From assembly GCA_025786725.1 (NCBI GenBank), contig JAHLTZ010000014.1:186001-250000 (forward strand): 64,000 nucleotides of DNA, in the 5' to 3' direction. This DNA is from Syncephalis fuscata S228. Its lineage: Eukaryota > Fungi > Zoopagomycota. Positions 26,720 to 40,600 of this stretch are shown here, piece after piece (the stretch's first letter is position 1; each line of letters starts with the position of its first letter). The translations under genes and the position numbers were made by a program. The notes beneath the pieces were generated by a model. It ran no database searches and was not told the DNA's origin. It saw only the letters and a list, made by a program, of their open reading frames with translations.

Positions 26720-29689
26720 TGTTACAAAAGAATAATAAAATAGATGGAAGCTTTAAATCAGAGATGGACAAAAAGAGGTTGTGTTTGGTCTGTGCTGGTG
26801 TCGTCACCTATTGCCATGTATATTTGATAGATTGCAAAGGCATGGGTGATTTCTTCACCAAGTACACTATGAATGTAAATTAACTGAAAATAATATAAAT
26901 AGTGCTTTATTATATCAATATCTTTTAGAAAATAAGGCGAATACTTAGATTGTAAGTAATGGCTACGTATGTGTTGCGTCATGCTATTGCTTTTAGTTTG
27001 GAATTCATAATACATTAGAAAACAATAAAAGACTGATATTATGACAAGTTTAGACGTTACTTAAATCCTAATTTAATCATTTGAAAATATAACAATATGG
27101 CAATGCCATTCAAGTACTTTCTAGAGTAGCGGTATAGTTGTCATTTATAATAGTGTACATTGTTGTAGTTGTTGACACTTATGGCTCATACAAGTTAATG
27201 CTTAACCTTGCACCAATTATCATATACTTGAACAAACCATAAGCATGGCGCGTGGGTAGTTTATCCATTAGAATACAACAAGCCATATTGTATTAATTGT
27301 GAAAATATTTGTAGTACACAAGTGGGTAAAAACGATAGACATGTTGGTAATGTATGACACTCATCAATAGAAAATGAGCCAAGCCAGTGTATTAAACACT
27401 AGTGTGATTAATATATGATTACAAATGTTTGCAGAAATAGACGTGTGATATATTCTATATAAAACAGGTTACAAGAAATATAAGTGAATATGTTTAATCA
27501 AGACGAATAGTTAGTTAATGAAAGCCAGAATAAAACAGTCGAGTAATCAATTGAATGAGCAGCAATCAACAGATTATAACATCACCTCTAACCATCGCAG
27601 CAATTGCATTAGGATGCTATTTATCGTTAGAAAAAGCAACAATATGATAGAAGCTATTACATATAGTCAAAGCAATTTATTGTATAGTAGTAAAAACATG
27701 AAATAAAACAAAAAAGAATGATACTTTAATGTTTTAGCTTACATTAGGTATTCAATATAAATAAAAAACATAACAAAAAAGCATTGATTTAAGCGCTTAG
27801 TATACACTAGGCCGCCTCTTCGGTAATAAACATATTACAACATAACGCCAGCTATCTAAAGCGCAAATTTCTTATTCAAAGAATGTACAGCATCAACTAT
27901 AAATGACCAGGTAATTACGATGCATTTGCATATCTATTGATTGCTTCATTAGTTCAATAAATACTTTACTAGTATATGGCAGTATATAGGCATACTTGTA
28001 CTATCATATCTTAAGCTAATTGATTCAAGATATCTCATGTTTTGTATATTGTTTATTTACGATTAAATAATATTACCACACTGGATGATACTTGTATCAA
28101 ACGGTTTCGTTTATATACACCAGTAATTATAAATAGTATGTTGTATAATGTGTACGCATGACTGACCACTGCATTTAATTAACTATTTATCAAGCAATTG
28201 TAGTTAATTAATACAATTTCTAATTAGTATTTATGGGCTTTTGCATCATTAAAAATAAAAATATGGCTTTTTGATAAATTAAGCAATTTTTGCCATTTTT
28301 AATTCCATCAGTAATGTCCCTATAAATACATATTACCATTTATTGTGACCACATCGCTTCAGGGCATTGACATATATAAGTTGTGTGTTTTTAAAAACGC
28401 GGGAAAGTACTAACAGCTAAAAAGTCCTTAAAGTGTTATTCTTAATTACAATATTATTTTTACCACTTTTAACACTTTCTCTTAATTTTTAAAAAAGATA
28501 TAACTTACATGTAACGATGCACCAAAATAATGCGGTTATAATGAGTGGAATTACGTAGTTCTAGGCACATTATTGGTGAAATCAAAAATTGACAAAATTG
28601 CTTGATGTATCGAAAAAGTTGTAAAGGTGTCAACCATTTTTTGGTAATAAAATCCACACAAATACTAGTTAAAAGTGTATAAATAGTTAAATAATGATAA
28701 TTATTCGATAGAGAATCGATTGTTGCTTGACAGTATTGATCCATATACTACAACGGCTACTGGTACTCGTTATCAACTTGTTAGCTATATTAATCGTTTG
28801 TACTAATTGTGGCATGTATTAAGCATAATCAATATCATTAGTAGACTGTGCTATGTAATGTTACTGCTAGCTACTATACGTTACTAGCAGCTGCCAATAG
28901 TGGTTATTAGTATATTATTGACTATTAGCAGGCATATCATACTAATATTTTATGCACAATCAAGTATTGTAAACAGTTATCAATTAATGGCATTTATAAT
29001 ATGCTACCACTTGTTAAGCAATCAAAAAGATATGTTAATTTATGGTAGCTAATAAACTTATTAGTAGTTAGTGACAAGTAAGTATAGAATAAATTATATA
29101 GCTAGCATTCGTTAATCATTGGTATAGTTGATATAGCATATCAATGATACACACACCTTGTTTGATATCAACTGTCGATAATCAATCAATAATAAGCAAT
29201 AAATAACTGGCATAAATGCAATGGAACAGCTAACTATTATTGATGCTACAATTTATTAATGCACAACAAATGACTAACAGCTATCAAAATACACATGTAT
29301 ATAATACATATTAAGTAAACAAACTATTATAAATAAATTAAATTAACATTTTAAGCTGGTATTATAGTATATATTGTTATATTGTGTAATTTATGCATTC
29401 AAGATAATATATTAAATATTTAACACAATATTACTTATTAGTGTATTTAATTATTATAATTACTATATAAAACTAAATTAGCAAATATAATACGCATAAA
29501 TCAACTAATAAACTTAGACAATGGATGTAGAGGATTAATGCCATGCTAGTTATATAAATGCAAGTGCCAAGTATACTATGAAAGCTAACGGCGCGTAGTC
29601 ACCGCTTTCTAAAAATGTAAAAATAATTATCAAAAGCAGTCACGTGATTATAAAATACATATGTAATTTTGCATAACCTTTTATGGAAT

Positions 29690-29771
29690 GGTCAGGTGGC
29701 CGAGTGGTCTAAGGCGTTACGTTAAGGCCGTAATCTCTCCGGAGGCGTGGGTTCGAATCCCACCCTGATCA
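29690..29771 (+). tRNA. tRNA-Leu (anticodon AAG)
   Basis: Acceptor stem GGTCAGG/CCTGATC, D loop TGGCCGAGTGGTCTAAGGC, anticodon arm TTACG-TTAAGGC-CGTAA, long variable arm, GGTTCGAATCC T loop, followed by a T5 Pol III terminator. Confidence 0.97.
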
Positions 29772-30584
29772 AACCTTTTTGCTTCATTTTTATGTTGTTT
29801 TATACTTAATTGGCCCGTATTTTTACTTTTTGTTGCGCTTGTAGCTATTTTAATCACTCTTACGTGTTTTTATACGCAACAGTGAGGTGTACAATGATAT
29901 ACATTACTGTTATCAAGCTATAATTATCTTTTTACGTATTACTTTTATACACCAATAATGAATCATTTAGGATCCATCACTGTCAACGTATTACGTTATT
30001 TATCCTTTTATATCCATTCTAATTTATCGTAATGAGCTAACCATCATGTATTCACGGATTGCTTATTAGTAAGTAGTCACTGTAATATAGCTATTAATTA
30101 GTTCATCAATTAAATAATCCATCAAATTTTTACTAACGTGTCACATAGTTTAGTATTAATACAATTGCTTTATTACCTTTTATTATTCTTTTTGATATTT
30201 AACAACAATAAACATTAGCATTAGCGGCGTATAAAAACGTCGTTCCATTATTGTATAAACTACATAACTAGCGTCTAGAATTATAATAAAAATGTTGTCT
30301 TTTTCTCTTAACTTAGCTTATACGGCTGCAGCAATTCTTGGCCTTCCAAAACATCGAAAGCTTTAAGAGTGGCTGCTTGTACTTTTCTTTAATTGATTTA
30401 ATTTATTAAATGTTTACGCGTGTACGTGCGCTACTTTAAAACTTGTAAGACATATTCTATTACACTCCGTTCACTGCCCTTCTACCTTAACTTTTGTTTA
30501 TATCGCAACCTTATATCAGATTGACTTTGTGTCGCAATTGTAATCAGTTTTACATCATTTTACATATTGTTATACACCATAATA

Positions 30585-31240
30585 ATGTGTCTAGTAATAC
30601 ACGTCATTAAAGTGCCTATTAATGCAATGATTATTATTTAACAAATATTACATTATCTTCTTTACTATTTTGTCAGTTTTACTAAAAGACAAACAATAGC
30701 TTGAGAAGTGCATTTACATATGATACCGTTTTATAAAGATATACATTATACATTTAATACACAAAGTTATAATAAAGCAAGCTTTTATTTTATCAACTAT
30801 ACACTTGCAGCATTTTTAGTCTTCTGCAAATTAACAACGTTTTAAGGATATCTGCTACGTATAGCAATTTATATTATTACTCTACGTATCTGTAAATAAA
30901 TAGCCTACAAGGCGTAATACAGTTACATGAACGCCTGGACAATATAATAAAGTAATAAAATAAAAATTTATTATATTATAAATTTGTGTATTAATGTATA
31001 GTGTATATACCTATAGAACAGTGGCATATGTAAATGCACTGCTCAAGCTATTGTTTGTTCTTTTTATTAAAAAACATAATATAGTATTTGTTAAATAATA
31101 ATAATGTAATTAAATAATATATTACTACTTGGCCATGCGACAATATGATTGCTATTTAAGCTAATGGGTGATTAATGGCTGTATTATAATAATAATAATT
31201 TATGAATAAATACTTTTAATGATGTGTATTATTAGATACG
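30585..31240. mobile_element. MITE/foldback-like element with ~200-bp imperfect inverted arms
   Basis: aaacaatagcttgagaagtgcatttacatatg (~30691-30722) is mirrored by catatgtaaatgcactgctcaagctattgttt (~31025-31056); homology extends to ~30590 and ~31240; non-coding. Confidence 0.65.
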
Positions 31241-31689
31241 TCGCTGCAATGTATCGTAATGTGTAAAATGATGTAAGCTGGTCACAATCGTGCCACCATT
31301 GCTTATTGTGCTTTCTGTTAGTTTGTGTAAAGCGACATGTCCACTGCCTATGGGAGCGATTCGGTGTTGCAAATAGTGCCTTTTTCGTTCACTTGCCACT
31401 GCCTCCGGCTCCCACTTGTGCTTTGTTTCACTTTCTCATCACTGTTGTACTTTCACGGTCGTTGTTGATCTTTCTATCTTTTATTAACACTAGTCTATCT
31501 GGTTTCCGCACGTCCAGCTTTAGCTGCGTTTGAGTCTCTTCTGTTACTTATTGTTATACTCATAAACACGCACTACGTAAACATTGGCTAGTTGTTTGAG
31601 CTGAACAACGCCATCTTTCATCTATTGTTCTTTTCTTTTTCTCTTCATTTATTAGCACGCGCACGGTCGCTTGTATCGCATTTGTTATT

Positions 31690-33325
31690 ATGGCTACCAA
31701 TGCAATGAACTTTGGTCCGGAATGGTAAGTTATACAGTCTGGCAGCCATCTATGCTGTCGATGGGATTGCCTGACGGCTTGGATAGCCACCTGGTCTATG
31801 CACAGTATGCAGGTGGTGGTGGCGGCAAAAGCACTATACCTTTAACGTCATCTTTGCACTGTGTAGCTGCAATCTTGTAGACAGTATAGCCACCGAGCAT
31901 ATACTCGATCATTGGATTAAACTTTTTATTTTTACGTTTGTTTTATAGGATGCGCCCTGCTAAACCGGCAAATGCAGCTGCGCCAGCGGCGGGGCCTATT
32001 TCAGGTCTTGCCGGTCCAAGCCGCGATCATCCGGCATTTAAATCTACAGTGGCGTCGTCACGCCCAAAACCGACGTTAATTAAGGCTGATGGTACCGAAG
32101 TTGACACCACAGGTAGCATTCATCAAGCCATCGAGCCTGAGCCAGTCAAGTTTGCGCCGCCATTGGACCCATTACCACCAGCGCCATTCCGCTACACCAC
32201 GGAATTTATGCTGACACTTTTCAAAACAGAGATTGACATTCCTGAGACCGAGTTTGAACAGCATGAAGTTGTACTGAGCCAGGAAACTCTACCGCCAGTC
32301 GCCACTCTGCCACTGACAGAACAAGAAGAGACAATCATGGCCAGTGGATCAGTTAATAGCGATATTACACGACGCATTCTCCAGCAGCAGAATGGAGGCC
32401 GTGGAGGCCGTGGCGGTCGTGGAGGCCGTGGCGGTAACCGAGGTGGCTATAATAATGGCCAGCGTGGTGGCCATCATGGTATTGGCAGCGATGAAGGTTT
32501 CCGTAACTTTGTTAGTCGTGTACAAATTGCCGACGAGCCTGTATGGAACAGTAATACACCTGGATTTATGACACAATCCGGCGCTATTGGCCATTTCGAC
32601 GCACAAGGTGTATTCCACTTTGAAAACGTTGGATCAACGTCGGGCGGCCGCACTGTTCGAAACAATTCGCGCGGTCGTCTACCTGATTTGACTCCGGCCG
32701 AGTTTTCATTGGTACAACAAGCACAGCAACTGGGTGCAGGCAGTCTTCCGTTGGAAAATCCAGAGGAAACGCTATGGTTCTATCGCGATCCACAAGGCAA
32801 TATCCAAGGTCCGTTCACTGGTCTTGACATGCACGAATGGTACAAAGCCGGCTTTTTCACCGCCAATCTATTGGTTAAGCGTGAAGGTGACCCAGACTTC
32901 GAGGCGTTGGGCCAGCTTGTGCAGCTATTAGGCAATGATGAAATGCCATTTTTACTCCCTTCACCCCATCGTTTAGCGCTTCACTTGGCCCAATCTTCGT
33001 CGACGGCTGAACAGCTTGCTATGCTCGAGAATGCTGGTGCTGCTGGCTGGACCGAAGAAGCATACTATCAAGAGATGGAGCGCGAAAAGGACCGTGTTCG
33101 CCAGCAAATGGATCGCCAGCGCTTAGTTCATGTGTTGCAACAGCGACAGAATGGCCGACATCACCATCGGGCCCATCTGCTGGTGGCCAGCACATTTCTC
33201 GTGGCTATCAAAGCGATCTGTTGGTCAAGCTTAACCAACAACAACAACAGCATGATGGCGGTGCGTCTGTCGATCAATTGGCTGCTGGTCTTTCGCAGTT
33301 AGATGTCCATAGCCAGCACCAGTAG
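31690..33325 (+). CDS. GYF-domain protein, GIGYF/Smy2-like (2 exons; one apparent frameshift at ~33155)
   Basis: Exon 1 MATNAMNFGPEW matches the GIGYF-type N-terminus; intron 31725-31948; YxYxxxxLPhi-like motif FRYTTEFMLTLF; RGG repeats; GYF domain WFYRDPQGNIQGPFTGLDMHEWYKAGFF. Confidence 0.88.
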
Positions 33326-33849
33326 ACCATTACTGGGTCGGCCGCTTGTAAGCGCACTTATGGATGCATATGCGCGTGCGGAACGAATAAGGACGACATA
33401 ATAGAGTTGGTATTGCCAAAAGGGACGTCACTGGCTGTCGTCTTTATCTCTAATTTAGCTGGCGTTTTTCTTTTTCATCAAATTAATTTCTATTCAATGT
33501 ATGTATGAAATTAAAAACGTTTATTGCAATATATTTTATGAGATTGTTTAAAATGAAAACAATGTGTTTGTGTTTTAATATTATATAATAGTAGTTTAGT
33601 CATGTGCAGCTCTATTATTATTGTGTCTATACTTGATCATTACATTTAAATAAAATAAATAAATAAATACTACACTTTTTGCCTGTATTCTAAACCAAAT
33701 AGTGTTCAATGTGACATTCATACTATTGATTGAATGTACATCGCTAGTACAAAAGTATATAATATGGTTTAAACGTAATACGACCGATATAAGCACATTT
33801 ATGTCCTATACGCATTTATTCTTTTAATCTATATAGTTATATTGTATAT

Positions 33850-34330
33850 TCATATCGATATATATATCATTCTACTATATGATGGATTATTTTAATTATT
33901 ATATACTTCCATAGACTTCACTCATTCCACTCATATCATTATACACAGTAGAACTCCAGCACCGCTATTCATATAATTTTATTGCATATTCATTCTATTA
34001 TATGCCACTTTATATTTGTTTTATTTGCTTAAAACTGTTGTTCGTTTGGCTCTAATTTTATTATCAATAAATTTCGACTCATATAATCATATTGCGTTAA
34101 TAATAACAATGGTAGAGGATATATATGCATACTGGATAACGAATCTATGATGATGAGTATTTGATGATTATGCCACTCACCACCCATCATCATGTTCAAT
34201 AGATTGGGTGTTATTAAATGTTGGTCATTTGACCACCAAGCAAACAATAAATGTGATGGTGTGATAATTAAATAAAACTCACCACTTGTCCCCATGTTCA
34301 ATAGATTGAAATTCTATTTTAATTACGCAA
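33850..34330. repeat. Copies of dispersed AT-rich repeat family
   Basis: 34110-34250 matches 15410-15570; 33850-33960 matches 51770-51860. Confidence 0.7.
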
Positions 34331-36604
34331 ATGCTAACCATTTAGTATGATTTAGGGATTAAATGACTAGCTTTAATAGTATAATGTTTAATATTAATGC
34401 GATATTAATAGTATGTGACGTTACCAAATATGATAGTTGTAAGCACTTGGTTTTTATTATTAATAAATAATAATCAACACAATCAATTGAATAAATATAA
34501 TAAAAGATATACTAACAGCACAAAATAAAGCTGTAGTAATATTGTCATGCTTATTGTTTATTAGAATAGAACATTAGCAATAAAGACGCTAACAATATCT
34601 AATATATATAATTTATTGATACTGTGCTAATGGTTGTTTATGCTAATGGTAATTGAATAGGTTGCGTAGTTGCTACAAATATTAGATATAACTCAAGCGA
34701 AACATGCTTTATTACAAAATTTTCCGTCATCGTTGCAATACCATTATGTGCCCCAAATATTAACGTTCATTAGTCATAATTTAAGTATGCACTTTTTGTC
34801 ACTTTCCGCGACTTATTCTTACTTTATTCTTTTCTTCTCTTATTCCTCTTGTTCCTCTTATTGCTACTCAAACACCTTATCGGCATCGTAGTGCTGTTCT
34901 ATAGTTGGCCTATTCTGTAAACTTAAGCTAAGTAACCGTCCTCGCGTTCTCTCGCCTCTTCTACCTGCATGCACGTTTTTTGTTTGTGATACGTGTAGCA
35001 CGGTAAGCGTGCTTTACGGCGTTTTGTATTGCCTTGCCTCTTGCTTTGTGGGTTTGCCTAGATGCGCCCGTTAGATGGCCCCGAAGCTGCGCTGACCGCT
35101 TCAGTAACATATGCTGAGGTGGCTCAGTGGTGTTTACTTAAGCGTGCAACACCAGCGTTGAGTTGCTCCGCGGTGTTGCCAGGCTAGGTGTGCTGGCTTC
35201 GTGCCGATTTGTTCCGCAAAGCTTCACACTATCCAGCGCAGTACGCAGCAGATCTATACACTGGTAGTGATATACACATCTGTATGAAGGGGTATTAAGC
35301 CACTGCTTTTGTGACTCTGAACAATACTTCTAATCACAGTATCATACAGTGAGCGCCACCATCAGAATTAGCTAGTAAACCCACTAAGCGAGGCGCTATT
35401 GAGTAATATGATCTGCTATAAAGTACTCCGCTTTCTATTATGCACAGTTGCGATGCAGTGCATATTAGATTAGTAGTTTGTTATCGTGTTGCATCCAAAA
35501 ATAGTGTGTGCAGTTTGAGCAGGTGATACACTAGATCGATTTGTAGAATGGCTAGTTACTGCTCTTGGACACATAGTCACGCCCAACATTATCTTCGGGA
35601 GTGATTACGTGGGCGCTATGGATGGTGTTTGGAATGGACACTGATTAGCATCTGAGACTGAGCTGGCATCACAGCAAGTTGTTTTAGCATTATCATCTTG
35701 CCTTGTATCGCTTTTAATTCCCATTTATTATAGTTATCCATACTTAGACTAATACCCAAACGTGACAATAGGTTCTAAAGTATTTGGCAATCACTAATAT
35801 TACACAGTATAGATTAACAAGTAATCGAACCTCAGATTAAATACAATTCAAATTATAATATATCCAAGGTAAATGGCTACTTTAAACATGACAGCTGGCA
35901 GCTTGGTTTCAGTATTGCTAGATTCTTACTCCATAAGGTTTTCCAGACAACGTGTACATCTATATAAACTTTACTACATTTATTTTTCATTTTGCTAACT
36001 GGTCGTCAAACTTTGTTGCCGCTACATTTCTAAATAAACTGACTTATTTTATTTTTGTTGCTCTTTAGTATAAGATGCTTTGCAATGAATTTTATATCGT
36101 ATTGGTATTAAGAATATAGATTCCAATGTATAAACCAAAGTTTGGTACTTTGTGCGTAAATCGTTAATACCAATGCTAGTAACAATCAGTATATATATAG
36201 GTAGTTTATCAATGATTCCTTGCAGTATTTATTCATTAGCGGTTAATGACATGCGTTTAATATTATTTAAGTTATTATTAAGCGTTTTATTTCTATATCT
36301 ATAGTTATAATTTGTACTAATCAATAGACTATTTATCAACAATCCTAGCTTTTATTTATAAATATATAACAACAAATGTTTTAGTACTATAAATTAGTTT
36401 AGCCTATATCCATGTATATACTAAGTTTATTTGTTATTGATACGTTATTTATCGAGTAATAAACATTAACAAAGTAATGATATGTTATAGTAATAATCTG
36501 AAAATGGACAAATATTATTAAAATTTATAAGAAAATTTTATATTACAAAATGTTAGTTGCTGCGCTTTTTCTGTCTATCTTATACATTCCAACGGATCGT
36601 TCTC

Positions 36605-37512
36605 ATGTTTCGTGCCTCAATTGCTGCACGATCGGCGCTTTTATTAAATGCTGCGCGCCCAGTAGTTCGTCCAAGCTGCTTGGCAATAGCTCGCCAGCTA
36701 AGCACGAGTAAGTAGTAGGGATTAAGCAATCGTAGGATTAATACGACATAATCAACGATGCGTATAGTCGACAGTAGCTTACACAGATTGTTTTCTATTT
36801 TACAGAACCTGTCGACCCAATTGCCAACGACCTACTTGATACTTTGGAAGCTGTTGCGACTGGAACGTCACGTCCGTCGCGTGATTCAAACTCGCAAAGT
36901 AATAATGCCGACCTGAATGCTATTCACCAAATAGTCAATAGCTCTATTGAAGCATTTTCGCTTCGAGAAAGCGCACCAAGCTTACCAGATGCTGTAGAAG
37001 AAGTATCGGAGATGATGGAGGCAGCTGTTGAGACGCCAGAACCAACAGTGACCGCTGCTATGCGCACTTCAATGCGAGACGATCCATTGCTGTCGCAACT
37101 AGTTAATTCAATCATGAAAGACGGAAAAAAAGCGCGTGCTCAAGGTTATGTGGCGCGAGCATTACTTGAAGTACGAGCCCGTACACATAGTGACCCCTAT
37201 ATGTTACTAGCCAATGCCATTGAACAGTGCTCGCCCATACTTCGATTGGTTAGTGTGCGTAAAGGATCCAAAAATGTACCGGTACCATTTCCACTTAATG
37301 AACGTCAACGTCGACGCTACGCCATTACATGGATTTTAAAAGCAGCCGAAAAGCGAAACGAACGTAGATTCCCCATGCGACTAGCGAGTGAACTCGTTGC
37401 CGTCTCGCAAGGACAAAGCACAGCACTCGATCATCGTCAACGAGTCCATAAAGAAGCATTGGCTGCTCGAGCAAATGTACAAGCCGGAACACAAAATCGT
37501 GGCCGATTCTAA
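36605..37512 (+). CDS. RSM7: Mitochondrial ribosomal protein uS7m
   Basis: Arg-rich presequence exon MFRASIAARSALLLNAARPVVRP; intron ~36708-36805; S7 motifs LVNSIMKDGKKARA, PVPFPLNERQRRRYAITWIL, VHKEALAARAN. Confidence 0.9.
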
Positions 37513-37631
37513 TTGTCACCACACTACACACACACACACACACATTTACTTTTCTCGTTTAAATAAAACTAATTATTCAATTACTTTAATGTATGGGTAT
37601 ATATCACTGGTTGACTAATTTATTTAAAATA

Positions 37632-40600
37632 CTAAGCAACAGAACCATTAAATGTAAGTAGGTGGGCACCGGCTGTCTCCATCTCTGGTATAACGATAAA
37701 ACGAGATGGATCAGCGGCTGTGTCCGTCTCCAAGGCAATAAATGATTTTTGATTCTGTGCTGCGGCCAGTGTCACCTTTAATCGACTTGAGCATAATGGA
37801 CAGGCATAGGACTCGTTATCTTGTTCAAGTTCTTCTAAACGCTCCTCGGACAGCTCAGGATCACATCGCATATGAATCCATCGTTCACAGATATCGCAAC
37901 AGGCCATATTGCCCGTATCCTCGTCCAGTTCCATTTGTTCTTCTAGCGATAACACCTCGTTTTCATCTTTATAGGTAATGAGACAGCACGGACAGTATCG
38001 ATCGGCCTTATAGTCTTTATAACATGGAATACAATAGGTGGTCACATAACGTGGATGGGAACGGCCAGGAATAGATGGATGCGGTGGTAGTACAACTTCT
38101 CGTAATCCTTCCGGCGGATACAGCGGTCGGTGAGGATTTTTAAAGTGACAAGTGTGGCAATGACAACAGGCAGGCAGTACCAATTATTACCTAACAATAT
38201 CAATAAAATATTAATAGTAAATTAATACATGTTATTTAATAATAATGGCTTAATAAAACAGCCTACCTTTCTTCTTCTTTCTAACCATGTTGGATGGTGT
38301 ACAGGCAATGTGCCATGCTCGATCACATCCAGTACATATCTGTGATGACTGTTTGCTACTACTGCTACTAATCTTACTCTTTTCATCGTTCTTTTCCTTC
38401 TCTATGTCCTTATCACATACTGTGCATCGTTTACAGTTACGACATTGCCATGGATATTCAGAGGCTTGAGTGGCTGATCGCGGTACGGTAAGACCAGCAC
38501 ATAAGGCATGGTATTTCCTTTGACAATCCGTACAAGTAATAAACGACTTTCTTGATGCAGGCAGCATTTCATCCGATACGCCCGTCAATAATGAACTCGG
38601 TGCCGTTGTTTTAAGACAGTGAAAACAAACAAGGATCTGCTTAATTGATGGTACCGATAGTCCACTATTCGTGCTAGTTGCTGCTTTGGCACGTTGTCCA
38701 CTCGAATGACGACCTGTTGATGCAACTGTTCCTGAGCTTGAATGTTCAGCAAAGCCATTTGTGGCTGTTGATTTACCACTTTCATTACCCACTGACTTTA
38801 ATCGTAACGTAACCTTGCCAGTCTTTGATGTACCAGGTGTACTGGTGACACTACTTGACTCTGACGATAAACTATCGGATCTATTAAGTCGATTTCGCTT
38901 TTGTGGATATTCATTGCCTGAAAAGTCAACGGTATCTGCACCAAATGGCAGACGTGGCTGTATTCTTCGTTTATGTCGATCACGGCCTGATTCATTCGCT
39001 TCTTGTTCGGGTAGCGCTGACATGAATGTACTTTTCTTATCTTGTGGCGTATGCACAATAGTACGATTGCTTAATAGTGCCTATTAAACACATTAATAAA
39101 TATTAACCAATCTATTATTAATAATCAACAATAAATAACTACTCACCGCTTTCTGTGCATTAGATAGTTTTCGTTTATTTGCTGATGTACCACGATTTAA
39201 ACGGTTATCTTTATCCGAATCTGACAGTGCAATATCTGATTCGTGTTGTTCATGTCTTAAATCGTAGTCTATATCATCATGTCCATTTACTACATCGACT
39301 TCTTCTTCTATAATCGCCCTTGAATCCTTTTTGCCATTAGATTGTGGCTCTATTGTTGATCGATAGTCACTACTATCTAATTGCTGCTTATATCGTGATG
39401 GCTTGTCTTCTTGGGCTGATTTGGCTGCTAATCCTTCCATTCGCGCTAATAGCTGTCGATTGGATACCGGTGCCGTTACCGATCCCTATATACCAATATC
39501 AATATACGTATTATATCGATAGATTATATATTTAATACTTACGCCGTGTCGCAGCTTTAGTGTAATGGTAGTTCGATGGGCATCATCGTCCAAAGGTGAG
39601 GCCAGTCCAATACCATTTGATAGTAGACCAGCCGATGTCTTGCCTTTTTGTTCTAATTGCAGTTTTGGTCGTTCTACAGCTGAATGTGGTCGAATAGGTG
39701 TATATAGACCACCAGCACCTGTAGACGTTGAAGATAATGGCCGATGTGATTCATGGCCGCTTACTGTATTGGGTGCATTAGGTACCCGACTGCCTGGTTG
39801 GATATCAATACGAGGCGGTCTACCACGAGGACGACCTCTACCACGTCCACGTTTCGGCATCAGATATGCCGGTAGATGAGGTGTATGCATTGTATTGGTG
39901 GTCGGTGTAGGTGTATTGACCATAGACGTGCCATCGCCCATAGGTCGTAATTCATCAGGCAATGAGGTATAAGTGTAGGTGGGTGAAGGCAAAGTGATTT
40001 GTTTTGGTGGTTTCGGTAATGGTTGATTAAATCTGGTTTGATATCTAATAACCAATATTAACAAATTAGTTATTTATTTAACTATTTAATTACTTATTTT
40101 AGTTACTTACACGGGTAGCATACTTTGATATTGTCCATCAAGTAAGGCAATTGGAAAGTGTGCATCTTCATTCTTTTCCAATATCATTGCCGCTGATGTT
40201 GCCGAATAAGAGTTCATTCGAGCAGATAAATTCAAATAATTATACTGATCCTCCTCTTTGGATGAACTAGCTATTTCAACCATATCTTGTTCAAATGGTG
40301 TAAATGCCACCTTTTCTTCTACAGCTATACTAATTGGTCGATCTTTTGCCATATCTGTGTCCGTTTCCATGTCTGTTTCTGGTTTTACTGTAGATGTAGT
40401 AGTAGACATAATAGGCTGAAGTCGACATTGAGTAGGCTGGGTAATAGTAGGTATAAATTCAATATAGGTATGTGGATCACGCCATGCCATAAATTCACGA
40501 CGTCGACGGGCAAATGTTGCATTTAATTCACGCACACGTTGAGCTGCCCGATACAGTCTCTGCTCAGGCGGTATATCCTTTTCACGTACCAGTGGTGGCT

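Noticed and set aside
26800-29600. Short ORFs in the long AT-rich intergenic region
   Set aside because: Low-complexity Ile/Tyr/Asn-rich translations without splice-consistent structure or homology cues.
34900-35700. Assignment to telomerase RNA, RNase MRP/P, U1, SRP RNA or a TPP riboswitch
   Set aside because: Diagnostic motifs (CUAACCCU template, GAAAGUC/AAUGGGGCU, ACUUACCUG, SRP helix 8, TPP core) were not found by eye; left as an unassigned candidate.
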